Part shown: positions 21,976 to 32,584 of the stretch, one piece after another
Position numbering within the stretch: position 1 is the first letter of the stretch
How the letters are laid out: every line of letters starts with the position of its first letter
Virus record (IMG/VR): IMGVR_UViG_3300029928_000002
Coordinates: 91,302 to 155,301 of that record
DNA length: 64,000 bases
Strand: one strand, 5' to 3'
Origin: a virus
Lineage: Duplodnaviria; Caudoviricetes
The notes under the pieces: generated by a model
Seen by the model: the letters and a program-made list of their open reading frames with translations, nothing else
What the model was told of the DNA's origin: nothing
Databases searched by the model: none
Position numbers and translations under genes: made by a program

Positions 21976-23218
21976 GTAAATCAGCTTCTGTTAAATCAAA
22001 TCTAAATGCAATAAATGCAGGCTGTTCAGGAATACCATAAGGAGAAATATTAAAATATTTACAATCTCCTAATTTTCCTTTATAGAATTTGTCAAAGTTG
22101 TCAGTATATTCTACTTTTTGATTATGGTCTCCTAATGGTTTGGCTTTAAAAGTTTTACCTTCTCTAGTTTCCATTATAAATACCATATCATCATAAGGAC
22201 GTAAGCCTTGCTCAATACCAATACATTTAAAAGTATTCTCTTTATACTTCTTAATTTTAATCATATTGTTATTTCGCTTGCCTGGCCCATATTTAGCAGT
22301 ATCCAATCTGACAACTAGTCCTTCCCAACCTTCTTCTACATATTGATTATGTAGTTTCATCATATTGTCCCATCCAGTTACTGCAACTTGTGGAACAAAT
22401 TGAATCTTTAACTCACCTTTTTTCCAGATTCTATAAGGATTAAAGTCTAGATTCAACAATCTTTTAATCCTATACATTTTCTTTAATCTATCATGAAAAG
22501 GTAAATCAATATCTACAATATCATACATATAGAACTCTAACTTACCTAAATCCTTGGCAGTAGAATTATTACGACATATTCCACTAATAGTAGATAGAGG
22601 TAAACCATGTTTATAAGCTTCTCCATCTAGTATTAAATCTGGATTTGCTTTAAACAACTTTTTCAACAATGGATGACTAATTATATGATAGAGAGGAAAA
22701 TCTAAAGATATAGCTGTTCTACTCTTAGCATGAATCTCTTTACCATCATAGTAGATTAATGTTCTAATTCCATCAATCTTCCTACTGGCCCAATAATGTA
22801 AATCAAATGTAGCTTTATTAGTTACATTCTTAGCCATTTTACATAACATTGGTTTTAGTAACCCATCACTGAAAGTCTTATAGAATCCGATAATTGCATC
22901 TAATTCTTCTACAGTATAATCATCAGCAGATTTGTCTAATTTTTTATATCCTTTATCAATATATTCTTTACATAGAGATTTAACTCTTTGCTGAACTCTA
23001 ATATGTGCATCTCTCTGGACTTTTCTATCATCTATATCTATTGAAGGCTGTTCTGTATGCTTACAATGATATTTATAAGAGAATCTTCTTATTTTGTAAT
23101 AATTAGGTTCAATCTTTTCATAATAAATATCAATACCTCGTATACCTCCAACACTATCTCTAATAGCAAAATAGAACTTAGTTATCTCTTGACTATCAAA
23201 TAATCCCGGTTGATCCAT
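21968..23218 (-). CDS. ATP-dependent DNA ligase
   Basis: KIDGIR, LDGE, YDI, EGLVVR and KIK motifs. Confidence 0.9.
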   Translation of the reverse strand: MDQPGLFDSQEITKFYFAIRDSVGGIRGIDIYYEKIEPNYYKIRRFSYKYHCKHTEQPSIDIDDRKVQRDAHIRVQQRVKSLCKEYIDKGYKKLDKSADDYTVEELDAIIGFYKTFSDGLLKPMLCKMAKNVTNKATFDLHYWASRKIDGIRTLIYYDGKEIHAKSRTAISLDFPLYHIISHPLLKKLFKANPDLILDGEAYKHGLPLSTISGICRNNSTAKDLGKLEFYMYDIVDIDLPFHDRLKKMYRIKRLLNLDFNPYRIWKKGELKIQFVPQVAVTGWDNMMKLHNQYVEEGWEGLVVRLDTAKYGPGKRNNNMIKIKKYKENTFKCIGIEQGLRPYDDMVFIMETREGKTFKAKPLGDHNQKVEYTDNFDKFYKGKLGDCKYFNISPYGIPEQPAFIAFRFDLTEADLHD

Positions 23219-23508
23219 TAAGCATTTGTATACACTAATTTACCTTTATTATCTGGAATCTCTAGAGTATATTCCCCATTATTATCTTTAGGTTCTAATG
23301 GTTCTATATCATCAACATATTCTTCTGTACCTACTAATTTTATTGTATCAGAATCTGGTATAATATCTACATTATTTTCTTCGGTAGCGGCTATAAGTTT
23401 ATTTACAGCCTCATCATAATTATCAGCTTCTACAGAATATGTTTCATTAACCCACATTCTACATAGAACATTTCTATCAATATAATACTTCATAATTATA
23501 TTAGACAA
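23218..23508 (-). CDS. Hypothetical protein
   Basis: ORF in operon. Confidence 0.65.
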   Translation of the reverse strand: MSNIIMKYYIDRNVLCRMWVNETYSVEADNYDEAVNKLIAATEENNVDIIPDSDTIKLVGTEEYVDDIEPLEPKDNNGEYTLEIPDNKGKLVYTNA

Positions 23509-23510
23509 TA

Positions 23511-23546
23511 ATAGCCTACATAGAAAATAATATCTATATAGGCTAT
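23511..23546. terminator. Intergenic hairpin/terminator
   Basis: atagccta...taggctat stem. Confidence 0.5.
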
Positions 23547-23553
23547 CTTATTA

Positions 23554-23820
23554 TTAGAAATTAATGTTAGAAAGAGTATAATTCAATGTTTTAATAGTTT
23601 CATTTAATTTGTCAATTGTTTTTTGCAGCTCTTTAAGTTTGGCAACATCTGCTGAATCATCCTCATCAGATTTATCTGAATCTTCATCTGAATCTGCTAC
23701 GTAATGCAATGAAGAATACATATTATCATCTTCTAGAGCTTTTGCAAATGCTTTATAAAACTCATCTTCCGATTTAAATTTCTTACCATTAATCATTCCT
23801 TCAAATACTTCTTTTTTCAT
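23554..23820 (-). CDS. Acidic coiled-coil hypothetical protein
   Basis: ORF with D/E-rich linker. Confidence 0.65.
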   Translation of the reverse strand: MKKEVFEGMINGKKFKSEDEFYKAFAKALEDDNMYSSLHYVADSDEDSDKSDEDDSADVAKLKELQKTIDKLNETIKTLNYTLSNINF

Positions 23821-23844
23821 TATTTTAAAAATTAAAACTATTAG

Positions 23845-24230
23845 AGATACCCTCTTTATGCCGATGTTATAAAATTAATTCCTAGAGCCTGTGGAAGGCT
23901 TGGAAGTTGGGAATAACACCCAGTAAAACCACTTCGTGCTACTACACTACTATTTTCAAAATCATAGTATGGCTAACTATGAAATTTAAGTGGTCGGCTC
24001 ATGTACAGCCACGGATTGCCATGTATCGAATCTAGCCTAACTTAAAAAAGTCATCGGCACCCGTTGTTAGAGGGTAGGACAGAGCGGGATTAAAGCTATC
24101 TGTACACGAAACAGGAGATAAACTCCACTGTTTGAGGTTTTTATTATGTGGTCAAACGAAACTGCTAAACACCACTAAGATTTTTTTGATTCAAAACAAA
24201 CATATCGGCTACCTAAAATAGGTAACTGTT
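23845..24230. ncRNA. Candidate large structured ncRNA
   Basis: About 400 nt with no ORF in the track, GC-elevated, long-range stems and about 9 local hairpins. Confidence 0.6.
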
Positions 24231-24244
24231 AATTATCTATAAAA

Positions 24245-24466
24245 TTAATTCTGCTTGCCTTTAAGAATTTCATCAATCTTACTTTCAATCTTCTTAACAG
24301 CGTCTGCAATAGAAGCAGAATCTTTATCCAGCTTACCGAAGACTTCTTCGAGCTTAGATTTCAAATCTACAAACTTATTACCATTCTTCTTGTAAATAAA
24401 GTAAAGAACAGCGAGTACAATAACAATAGTAATTAAATTACCGGCAATTACACTTAATACTACCAT
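24245..24466 (-). CDS. Single-TM coiled-coil protein
   Basis: N-terminal hydrophobic helix, charged tail. Confidence 0.7.
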   Translation of the reverse strand: MVVLSVIAGNLITIVIVLAVLYFIYKKNGNKFVDLKSKLEEVFGKLDKDSASIADAVKKIESKIDEILKGKQN

Positions 24467-24488
24467 AATTTTAAATTATTAAAAAGAA

Positions 24489-24779
24489 TTATTTTCTATG
24501 ATCTTTAACTACCTCCCATAAATCTTCTACAGAAGATATATCAATATCTTTATCATCTATTACTACATAATCAGCATCTTCATACATATAACTATATATT
24601 ATATCTCTACCAAAATCATCAAAAGTATAGTCAAGGAATGTATCAAATAGAATATTTGCATAATCTGCCCAATCACATTCCAGTAGGTCTGCTTTAAAAG
24701 CCTCTGATACTCTATCAATATCATCACTCCACTTTAGATGATTCGTAATTAGTTTAATAAATTGTTCTTTTGTAATCAT
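24489..24779 (-). CDS. Hypothetical protein
   Basis: ORF in operon. Confidence 0.7.
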   Translation of the reverse strand: MITKEQFIKLITNHLKWSDDIDRVSEAFKADLLECDWADYANILFDTFLDYTFDDFGRDIIYSYMYEDADYVVIDDKDIDISSVEDLWEVVKDHRK

Positions 24780-24782
24780 AGT

Positions 24783-25145
24783 TCAATAACTTATTTCAAA
24801 ACATAAAGATTCATCGTCATTTAATTTATCAAACTCTGGAAGTAATTCATCTTCCACATAACTTCTAACTCTCCTTATATCATCAAAATAATATTCGTCA
24901 TAAGCTGTACTTCCAAAGAAAAATCCATCCATTGTAGGTAGAAGTTCAGGAGCTTTAGAATGATCTTTTAAAACTTCATTACATCTAGACAGTAATTCTT
25001 CTACATCTTTTTTCTCAATTTCAAAAGGATTTGGATGTGTAATATCCATACCTTTATCATTAAAGAATCTTACTAGAAAATTTACTTTTCTAAAATATCC
25101 TATATCTTTAGTCCCTTTCTTTGTAAAATATATATCCAGTCCCAT
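24783..25145 (-). CDS. Hypothetical phage protein
   Basis: MGLDIY..YFRKVN..LLPT.DGFFFG pattern. Confidence 0.75.
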   Translation of the reverse strand: MGLDIYFTKKGTKDIGYFRKVNFLVRFFNDKGMDITHPNPFEIEKKDVEELLSRCNEVLKDHSKAPELLPTMDGFFFGSTAYDEYYFDDIRRVRSYVEDELLPEFDKLNDDESLCFEISY

Positions 25146-25147
25146 AA

Positions 25148-25675
25148 TTATTTAGATCCAGTTGAATTAAAACCTCCATTACCTCTATCAGTATTTCCTA
25201 AATCATCTTTAGAAAATACTTTAGACCATCTAAGACGATAGACAGGTTCGAGAATAGCTTGACATACTCGTTCCCCATCTTCAATATAAATATCTTGTAA
25301 ACCAAGGTTGATAACAGGAATCATCCACTCTCCGCGATAATCACTATCAATAGTTGAAGGAGTGTTAGCTAGTTGCAAACCTTTCTTTATAGCCATACCT
25401 GAACGTGGTCTAAAAGATATTTGATAACCTTCAGGAATAGCAGTAAATATACCACTAGGGAGCAAAGCTCTACCCATAGGAGCTATACGTACCATTGGAA
25501 CAGAGTGTCCTTCACCAGACCATATCACTTCAGCATCTCCAAAAGCTTTAATTGTATTAGTAGGAGTTACTCTACTCAAATCAATTCTAATATCGAGACC
25601 TGCCGATCCAGCAGTCTCGTATTTTGGAAGATCATTATTACTTACATTATACACTTTAACATTTACCTCGTTCAT
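25148..25675 (-). CDS. dut: dUTPase
   Basis: AGLD, RSG, TIDSDYRGE, ERVCQ and RGNGGFNSTG motifs. Confidence 0.95.
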   Translation of the reverse strand: MNEVNVKVYNVSNNDLPKYETAGSAGLDIRIDLSRVTPTNTIKAFGDAEVIWSGEGHSVPMVRIAPMGRALLPSGIFTAIPEGYQISFRPRSGMAIKKGLQLANTPSTIDSDYRGEWMIPVINLGLQDIYIEDGERVCQAILEPVYRLRWSKVFSKDDLGNTDRGNGGFNSTGSK

Positions 25676-25857
25676 AATCGTAAATTAATAATTACTTATT
25701 ATAGCATCTATAAATTCATATATATTATCTAGAGTTATATATTCAAATTGACATAGATTTTCAATCTCAATCTCAGAAATAGAATCTGTTTTATTTATCA
25801 CATATCCAAATTTTCCAATTCTAAAATTAATATAATCTATATTATCTAGAATTAACT

Positions 25858-26547
25858 TTATTTTTTGTTCTTTACCCATGATTGAAAGTCTATAAATTTG
25901 TTATTTTCTAATATATATGAGTGAGTATAATCTAAACAAGAAAATATTTCAGAGTTTTCGGTATCAGATTCTACAATATTTTCAGATATATTCCATTTAA
26001 ATACTTGGTGATATGGACTAAATCTAGGATATTCTATAAACTTAATAGGATTACTATAAAGTGGACTAATATTACTAATATTCTTAGATACTTCTTGAAT
26101 CTTGATAAATCTATCTAAATTTAAAGAAGGTATTATAAGTCCGGGATATTGTAAATTACAGATATTTGAATTTATAGAGAACCATGTATAGTTTATTCCT
26201 CCGTAAGTAAATAGATAAGTTTCATCACCCTGAGTTAACCATGTATTTAAAACTAGTGGCAATGATTGCAATTTTTGTTTAGCAATAGTTAGGGAAGAAT
26301 TTCGACTATTTAAAATGTTAGTTTCCCAATTACCTAAGATAAGTTCAACTTTTCCAGAATCTTTATCTAATTCATCTGTAGTGAAAGATTTTAAAAGTAA
26401 ACTTAATTTCTTTAATGATTTTTTAAAGTTACTTTTATCTACACTGATATAATCTCCCAATACTATTATATGGTCAAAGTTGTCTTTATATTTAACAGCT
26501 TCTTCCCAAGGTGACAGAAAACAACTAGGTATTACTAGAATCTTCAT
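25858..26547 (-). CDS. Degenerate metallophosphoesterase-like protein
   Basis: LGDY and LGNWE retained, metal-binding His residues lost. Confidence 0.55.
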   Translation of the reverse strand: MKILVIPSCFLSPWEEAVKYKDNFDHIIVLGDYISVDKSNFKKSLKKLSLLLKSFTTDELDKDSGKVELILGNWETNILNSRNSSLTIAKQKLQSLPLVLNTWLTQGDETYLFTYGGINYTWFSINSNICNLQYPGLIIPSLNLDRFIKIQEVSKNISNISPLYSNPIKFIEYPRFSPYHQVFKWNISENIVESDTENSEIFSCLDYTHSYILENNKFIDFQSWVKNKK

Positions 26548-26812
26548 TTTGTAAATAATTAATTAATTGAACTATGGCATTATCCTCCCAATCATTCTCA
26601 CTATAAAATGCTTTCTTAGGAGTATCTCCATCAAATATTATACAGAATGGATCTACCTTAGCCCCCCAATACTCTTTCAGTTTCCAACCCTCCTTTTTAC
26701 CATGTCTAGTAGTTGTATCTATATATTCTACTAGAAAAGGCTGCTTAAAGATAGTGTTTTTAAACTCCAAAGCCTGTTGAGGATCATTATATACAATATA
26801 TACGCTAATCAT
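26525..26812 (-). CDS. Thioredoxin-fold-like hypothetical protein
   Basis: WGAKVDPF cis-Pro-like motif; no CxxC. Confidence 0.45.
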   Translation of the reverse strand: MISVYIVYNDPQQALEFKNTIFKQPFLVEYIDTTTRHGKKEGWKLKEYWGAKVDPFCIIFDGDTPKKAFYSENDWEDNAIVQLINYLQNEDSSNT

Positions 26813-28161
26813 TTATTAAATATATTTACATCACTACGAGTTCTACTAAAAGCTACATATTCAAGCTGTCTGCGTACTGCAGATTCACAACATTTCTTAA
26901 GATTACTTAGATCTATATATACTTTATTATATGACGAACCTTGTGCTCTATGAATTGTACAACTATATCCTAAATCAAATGTCTTTTTAAAGACTACTCT
27001 ATCCTCATATATTAAATTATCATAAGAACAGAAAGATTTAGTTAATGCCATATAAGATTGCCACTTATTAGTCTTCAAAGCTCTTAATCTAAGATCTTCT
27101 ATTTTTTCAGGTAAGTCTGGATATTTACTTACATCTGTTAATAGAAATATTAGTCCATAAGATTTATTGTAATTATCGTACAATGTTAGCCAATATCCAT
27201 CAACATCACCATAACAAGGTAATCTCTTATATCCTGCACAGACATTGGTAATAAAATAATCCATTCCATTGTAATAGTCGAAATAACTTATAGTTTCTTC
27301 ACCATTACTAGTTAATTGTACCCCACTTCTACCATTAGCATAAGCAGTTAATATATCACCTACATGGAATAAATCTTTATCTTTCCATATAAATCTCTGA
27401 ATAGCCTTATTATAATTTCTTACAGCTTTATTAGTATAGACTAACATTTTAGTGTATAAAATATCTTTATTAGAAATAGCTTGCTTATAATCAGCTGCAC
27501 ACTTTCTAACAAATTCTTTTATATCTGTATATACATTTAAATCTCCATCAGAAGAATGTAAAGGTTTAAAATTACGAATTTCTTCAGTTCGTAATTTAGT
27601 TAATATTGGTAATATACAATTCTCATCTGACTGCCTATATATTTTAGTCAGAGTATAAGTTTTATCACAATTAGTATATACTTTAGAGAATCTGACTGTA
27701 TCTACTGGAAATAATTGAGCTTTATCACTTACAAATATTATCTTACATTTATAATCTTTACACTTCTCTATTAGTAAATCAAATAAATCATCATTAATCA
27801 TAGAGGCTTCATCACATATTACTACTCCTTTATAAGGAATCTGAAGATTATCTTTAGTAGATAAAAACTTTAAATCTAATAGATTAAATTTCTCTATATA
27901 AAGATTTGGAGTTAATGCTAATAAACTATGAATTGTAATAGCAGACCTACCACAATAATTCATCATTACTATAGAAGCCTTATGTGTAGGAGCACATAAT
28001 ACTATAGACATATTTAACTCATCTATTTTAGGTAATAGTTGAGATATGGTATAACTTTTACCTGTTCCAGCAGCCCCTACTAAACTAAAACATACGTCTG
28101 AGGACTTTAGAAATTCTAGAATTAAATCTATTGCTTTCTGTTGATCAGTTCCTAACTGCAT
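26809..28161 (-). CDS. SF1 helicase (Dda/RecD-like)
   Basis: GAAGTGKS, DEASM, QL.PV, YRQ, TIHRAQGS and YVAFSR motifs. Confidence 0.92.
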   Translation of the reverse strand: MQLGTDQQKAIDLILEFLKSSDVCFSLVGAAGTGKSYTISQLLPKIDELNMSIVLCAPTHKASIVMMNYCGRSAITIHSLLALTPNLYIEKFNLLDLKFLSTKDNLQIPYKGVVICDEASMINDDLFDLLIEKCKDYKCKIIFVSDKAQLFPVDTVRFSKVYTNCDKTYTLTKIYRQSDENCILPILTKLRTEEIRNFKPLHSSDGDLNVYTDIKEFVRKCAADYKQAISNKDILYTKMLVYTNKAVRNYNKAIQRFIWKDKDLFHVGDILTAYANGRSGVQLTSNGEETISYFDYYNGMDYFITNVCAGYKRLPCYGDVDGYWLTLYDNYNKSYGLIFLLTDVSKYPDLPEKIEDLRLRALKTNKWQSYMALTKSFCSYDNLIYEDRVVFKKTFDLGYSCTIHRAQGSSYNKVYIDLSNLKKCCESAVRRQLEYVAFSRTRSDVNIFNK

Positions 28162-28164
28162 AAA

Positions 28165-28929
28165 TCATAATTCTTTGTTAAATCTGGCTTTTTCATTTCT
28201 TATTAACTTGTTATTGAATTTTTTATCTTTTAAATATTCCAACCATAAATCCTTAAATTTTTTATCTATAGAAACAAATTTAGATAAAAAATAAGATTCA
28301 ATGTTCTCTCTATCTACAATTGTTAGTTTATCTAAATATTGACGTGTAATTTCATCATCATAGGAATTATCTTGGAAGATAATTTTATTTACTAAATATG
28401 CTAAATATACTACTAATTCAAATCTAGGAAATTCCTTAGTAGATACTAATTTACCATTAATAGTAATATTATATCTGTATCTGTAAGGATAGATACATGT
28501 ACGATAAATTCCTTTATATCCAAAAGAAGTAATAGGTATTCTTTTAAACTTCTTAAGTTTTACTATTAATAGATTATCTCTAGTATAATTAAAAAGGTCA
28601 TTATCTTTAAATGTTACTTTCTGAATATTGTCTGTTTTCATTAGTATATTTAAAAGATAATGACCTTCTGAATCAATTAGATAAGGTTTAGTATTTACAT
28701 ATTTAATAAACCATTTGTGAGTTTGAATTGTATCTAAATCTTTAATATCGAAGATGAATATTTTATCATCAATATATAATTTATTATCAACAATTACGTT
28801 ATCTGCCTTTAGATGTTTCCTACTTAGAGATTCATGGTGATATTTACACAAGTCCATATTATATTTAATACTATGGACTATTCTAGTTTCTTTTTCAGTT
28901 TTACCACAAATTCTACATACTCGAAACAT
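28165..28929 (-). CDS. Degenerate HNH/AP2-like homing endonuclease
   Basis: N-terminal CxxC..C..H; NYTRDNL and GYKGI segments; catalytic His not evident. Confidence 0.5.
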   Translation of the reverse strand: MFRVCRICGKTEKETRIVHSIKYNMDLCKYHHESLSRKHLKADNVIVDNKLYIDDKIFIFDIKDLDTIQTHKWFIKYVNTKPYLIDSEGHYLLNILMKTDNIQKVTFKDNDLFNYTRDNLLIVKLKKFKRIPITSFGYKGIYRTCIYPYRYRYNITINGKLVSTKEFPRFELVVYLAYLVNKIIFQDNSYDDEITRQYLDKLTIVDRENIESYFLSKFVSIDKKFKDLWLEYLKDKKFNNKLIRNEKARFNKEL

Positions 28930-29393
28930 TATTTATTTACATAGATTATATGCTGATTGGTTGAACCCTTAAATGGATTGTTAGAAGTAGTGTCTAATTT
29001 ATCTATTTCAAATGGCCCATCTACTAATACATCTACATTATTATCTACAAATTCTTTTAATGGTTTTGGTAATTCTTTATAATAATATCCAGTATAGCAC
29101 CAGACATCTTTATTAAGATTATGTACTTCTTTACATAAGTCTGCTAATTCTTTAGTATTAGTAAATTGTAAAGGTTCCCCACCACTTAAAGTTAGTCCTT
29201 TTATGTAGGGTAATTTACAAATATCTAATACTTTCTTTTTAGTTTCAGAATTATAGATATGTCCAAAGTAATAATCCCAAGATTCAGGATTGTGGCATCC
29301 CTTACATTTGTGGGAACATCCACTTAACCATAGAGTAACTCTACATCCAATACCATTATTAAGATCTGGATAACTAATATTTATATAGTTCAT
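28929..29393 (-). CDS. nrdG: Anaerobic RNR activase
   Basis: CSHKCKGCHN, SGGEP and DVLVDG motifs. Confidence 0.95.
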   Translation of the reverse strand: MNYINISYPDLNNGIGCRVTLWLSGCSHKCKGCHNPESWDYYFGHIYNSETKKKVLDICKLPYIKGLTLSGGEPLQFTNTKELADLCKEVHNLNKDVWCYTGYYYKELPKPLKEFVDNNVDVLVDGPFEIDKLDTTSNNPFKGSTNQHIIYVNK

Positions 29394-31702
29394 TCTATTA
29401 TTTTTATATGTTTTACCCTATGCTCTACCTCATCTTGCTTGCCTTTATTGAAGGCTGTGGTATAGTTGCCAGTAAGATAGCCAGTTACCCTACGCAATCT
29501 ATTGATATTAGTGCTTCCACAGTTAGGACACTTATCAGAAATCTCTCCCTGATACCCACAATCCTTACATCTATCGGCAGGAATATTAATTGCAAAATAA
29601 GGTATGTCTTTATCCATAGCATAATCAACTATAGTTTCCAATCCATCTATGTTATTGATTACACTACTATCAAGTTCTACATAAGTAATACATCCAGCAT
29701 TACTATATCCAGTCAATTGAGATTCAATATCTATCTTTTCAAAAGGAGTAATCTTCTTCCATACAGGTACATGCATACTGTTAGTAAAGAACTCTTTATC
29801 ACTTACATTAGGAATAACTCCATACTTCTTTCTGAACTTCTTTAAGGCTGTATATGATAAATTTTCTGCGGGAGTTAAATATACGCCGAAATTCAGCTTA
29901 TATTTCTCTTTAAATTCCTTACATCTTTGACTATAAAGAGATTCTATACGTTTAGCTAACTGCATTCCTTCATCAGTAGTTTGGTCTGTACCAATTAAAA
30001 GTTGTAAGCATTCAGCTAAACCTAGTTGTCCTACAGCTAGGGTATTATGCTTCATAGCACTAATAATACCTTCTTTAGGATTATAACCTTCCATTAATCC
30101 ATTTTCCCACATGAATTTAGCAGAATCTGGAGATTGAGAACATATATAATTAAATCTCTCAATCAACATATCTTTAGCTTCATGTATCTTTTCATCAAGG
30201 AGCTTCATAAAAGACTCTACATCCCTATCAGCTTCCATTGCAATAGTTGGAAGTATTATAGTTACAGGACAGATATTACCTCTACCATCTTTAAGCTGCC
30301 CAAATCCATTAATATCGCAGCTAGTGGCCGTACGGCAACCCATTGTACTAAAATAAGTTCTAGGATCACTTATATCGTATCCAGCATTACCACTCCAATC
30401 TACATTTGCATAATTAGGGTAAAGTCTTCTTGCTGTAGATTTTAGAGCAAGTCTGAATAAATCATAGTTAGGAGTTCCAGGCTTATCATTAACTCCTTTC
30501 ATATATTGAAATATTCCACATGGAAATATAGGAGTGGCATATGTTCTACCAAATTCTTTGTCAGAATTAGGAGAGAGCTTATCTCCCACACCTTTGATAG
30601 AACCTAGCAAAAGAGCTTTGATTACCATACGTCCTTCCGGTAGAGTACAAGTACCGTAGTTGATTGAAGTGAATGGCAATTGATTTCCTGACCTACTTTG
30701 AAGTGTATTTAGATTATGGTAAAGACCTTCTACAGCCTGATTAAGTTCTTCCAAAGTCTCTAATCTAGCCTCCTTATACCATATTTTATTTATATCTTCA
30801 ATTCTTTTGTCGTCAATATGGAATTTAACTACTTTTACTTTAAAACTTCCTAAGGTATAGTATTCATCTTCAATATGATATTTCTGTTTAAACTCTTTCT
30901 TTTTCTTGTCTTTATACTCTTTAAACTCTTTAGCAGTAAGTTTTTCTGCATCAATATTTTCCTCTTCTAGGCATTTAAATATATACTTAGTTATAAAATG
31001 TTTAAAGAAAGATTTACGGACATATGGAACCATTGTCCAATCCAAATGATTAGCAGCAACTCCTCCAAATTGCTGCAAACTTTGTAGTTGAAATATTACT
31101 GCCAACAATTGGAAGGCAGTATTTATACTACCGGCAGGTCTAATATCAGCTTGTCTTGTAGTAAATCCTTTAGCTAATAGTTTATCTATTGGAGCAGTTA
31201 GGCAGTTGTGCTGTCCTACAGCGTAAGAATCCAAATCATGAATATAAATTTCATTATTCTCATGATTCTTACGTGCCATTTTAGACATACAGTTATCTAG
31301 AGCAAATTGTTTAGCTACAAAAGATTCTGCTTCACCTTTTCTACCACCAAATGATTTCTCATCAACATTGGCATTCTGATTTACAACATTAGTTGCAAGG
31401 AGCTTCTCTTTAAGTTTATTATTATAATCTTGATTAGCTTTACGTACAGCTGCTCTTTCATTTCTATATGTAACATAGCTATCTGCTACATCATTATAAT
31501 TTAATAGACGTAAAGCATTAATAACATTATCTTGTATTTCTTCTACAGTAATACCATCTCTTAAAGGAACTTCATCTACAATATCATCTAATTCATCATA
31601 GCTTAAAGGAACATTAACAGATTCAAAGGCTTTAGTAATTGCATTTTGAATCTTGTTAATGTTACATTCTTCCTTAACTCCGTTTCTTTTAATTATATAC
31701 AT
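29390..31702 (-). CDS. nrdD: Anaerobic (class III) ribonucleotide reductase with ATP cone
   Basis: IIKRNG cone, IHDLD, MGCR, TPAE, CxxC..CxxC and RRVTGY motifs. Confidence 0.97.
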   Translation of the reverse strand: MYIIKRNGVKEECNINKIQNAITKAFESVNVPLSYDELDDIVDEVPLRDGITVEEIQDNVINALRLLNYNDVADSYVTYRNERAAVRKANQDYNNKLKEKLLATNVVNQNANVDEKSFGGRKGEAESFVAKQFALDNCMSKMARKNHENNEIYIHDLDSYAVGQHNCLTAPIDKLLAKGFTTRQADIRPAGSINTAFQLLAVIFQLQSLQQFGGVAANHLDWTMVPYVRKSFFKHFITKYIFKCLEEENIDAEKLTAKEFKEYKDKKKKEFKQKYHIEDEYYTLGSFKVKVVKFHIDDKRIEDINKIWYKEARLETLEELNQAVEGLYHNLNTLQSRSGNQLPFTSINYGTCTLPEGRMVIKALLLGSIKGVGDKLSPNSDKEFGRTYATPIFPCGIFQYMKGVNDKPGTPNYDLFRLALKSTARRLYPNYANVDWSGNAGYDISDPRTYFSTMGCRTATSCDINGFGQLKDGRGNICPVTIILPTIAMEADRDVESFMKLLDEKIHEAKDMLIERFNYICSQSPDSAKFMWENGLMEGYNPKEGIISAMKHNTLAVGQLGLAECLQLLIGTDQTTDEGMQLAKRIESLYSQRCKEFKEKYKLNFGVYLTPAENLSYTALKKFRKKYGVIPNVSDKEFFTNSMHVPVWKKITPFEKIDIESQLTGYSNAGCITYVELDSSVINNIDGLETIVDYAMDKDIPYFAINIPADRCKDCGYQGEISDKCPNCGSTNINRLRRVTGYLTGNYTTAFNKGKQDEVEHRVKHIKIIE

Positions 31703-31795
31703 ATAAATAACATTAAAAAATTAACAGTATTATCTAATATACCAGAATTTAGTATACTAAACAATACTGTTAATATAGAAATATAATAAGATTTT

Positions 31796-32584
31796 TTAAT
31801 TTATTTCGAGTATATCTTTAAGAAGTAAACATTTATCTGCTTTATTCATAATATCTTTATCCTTATGAGTAAGAATATCAGTAAAAGCATTATAAATATG
31901 AAACATATCAGTATTCAATCCAGAAGTAGTATCTATATAATATGAAGATTTCTTAGATTTAAACAGTAATTTATATGCAGATAATATAGTTGAAGCTGCA
32001 ATACTTGCTTTGGAAAATCCATTATTAAAGCATTCTTCTATACTGTTATCAATCCACTTTCCTAAAGAACGTTGTATGTTCTCTTCACTACATTCAAAAG
32101 GAGTGTTATGTAAGTTGTCTAAGAATATTTTAATTTCAGAAGTAGTCTCTATAATATAATCTAGATTTCCAAAATTAATTGCTTTAGACGGCTCCAAAGG
32201 TTGTACACTCAAGCATTTAGGATCAAATACGCATAGATTTGTACAAGCTCTATTTTCTCCTCCCACATAGAATTTACAAATAGGAACTCTGGTATCAATA
32301 CCATAAACCATTCCAATTACTTTGCTGTGATTATCAACAACATATTGATCCGGAAGTATAGCTTCAATCCATACTCTGTTATAAGTTATATCTTCAATGT
32401 TGTTTAAATCTTCTTTAGAAGTAATTGTAATCTGTTTTGGAAGTTCTGCATGACATTTAATAGTTGCATTGTACTTACTCATTCTTTCCAAGAAAGGTTC
32501 TACATAGGCTTCGGTTGGAAAGAATTTATCTTCCTTAATCTTAGTTGCTTTACCTTTAAGCAGCTGTTCTGTAGATATATCCAT
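31796..32584 (-). CDS. DUF932-like protein
   Basis: RACTNL and YNAFT motifs. Confidence 0.55.
   Translation of the reverse strand: MDISTEQLLKGKATKIKEDKFFPTEAYVEPFLERMSKYNATIKCHAELPKQITITSKEDLNNIEDITYNRVWIEAILPDQYVVDNHSKVIGMVYGIDTRVPICKFYVGGENRACTNLCVFDPKCLSVQPLEPSKAINFGNLDYIIETTSEIKIFLDNLHNTPFECSEENIQRSLGKWIDNSIEECFNNGFSKASIAASTILSAYKLLFKSKKSSYYIDTTSGLNTDMFHIYNAFTDILTHKDKDIMNKADKCLLLKDILEIN

Noticed and set aside
23845-24230. RNase P RNA, tmRNA or group II intron identity
   Set aside because: Only a weak aaacatatcggcta resemblance to an RNase P 3' end; no GAGGAAAGUC, no tRNA-like ends with tag ORF, no domain V.
18203-31702. Inteins or introns in polA and nrdD
   Set aside because: Frames are continuous, sizes are near normal, and no C...HN/C splice motifs or LAGLIDADG blocks were seen.
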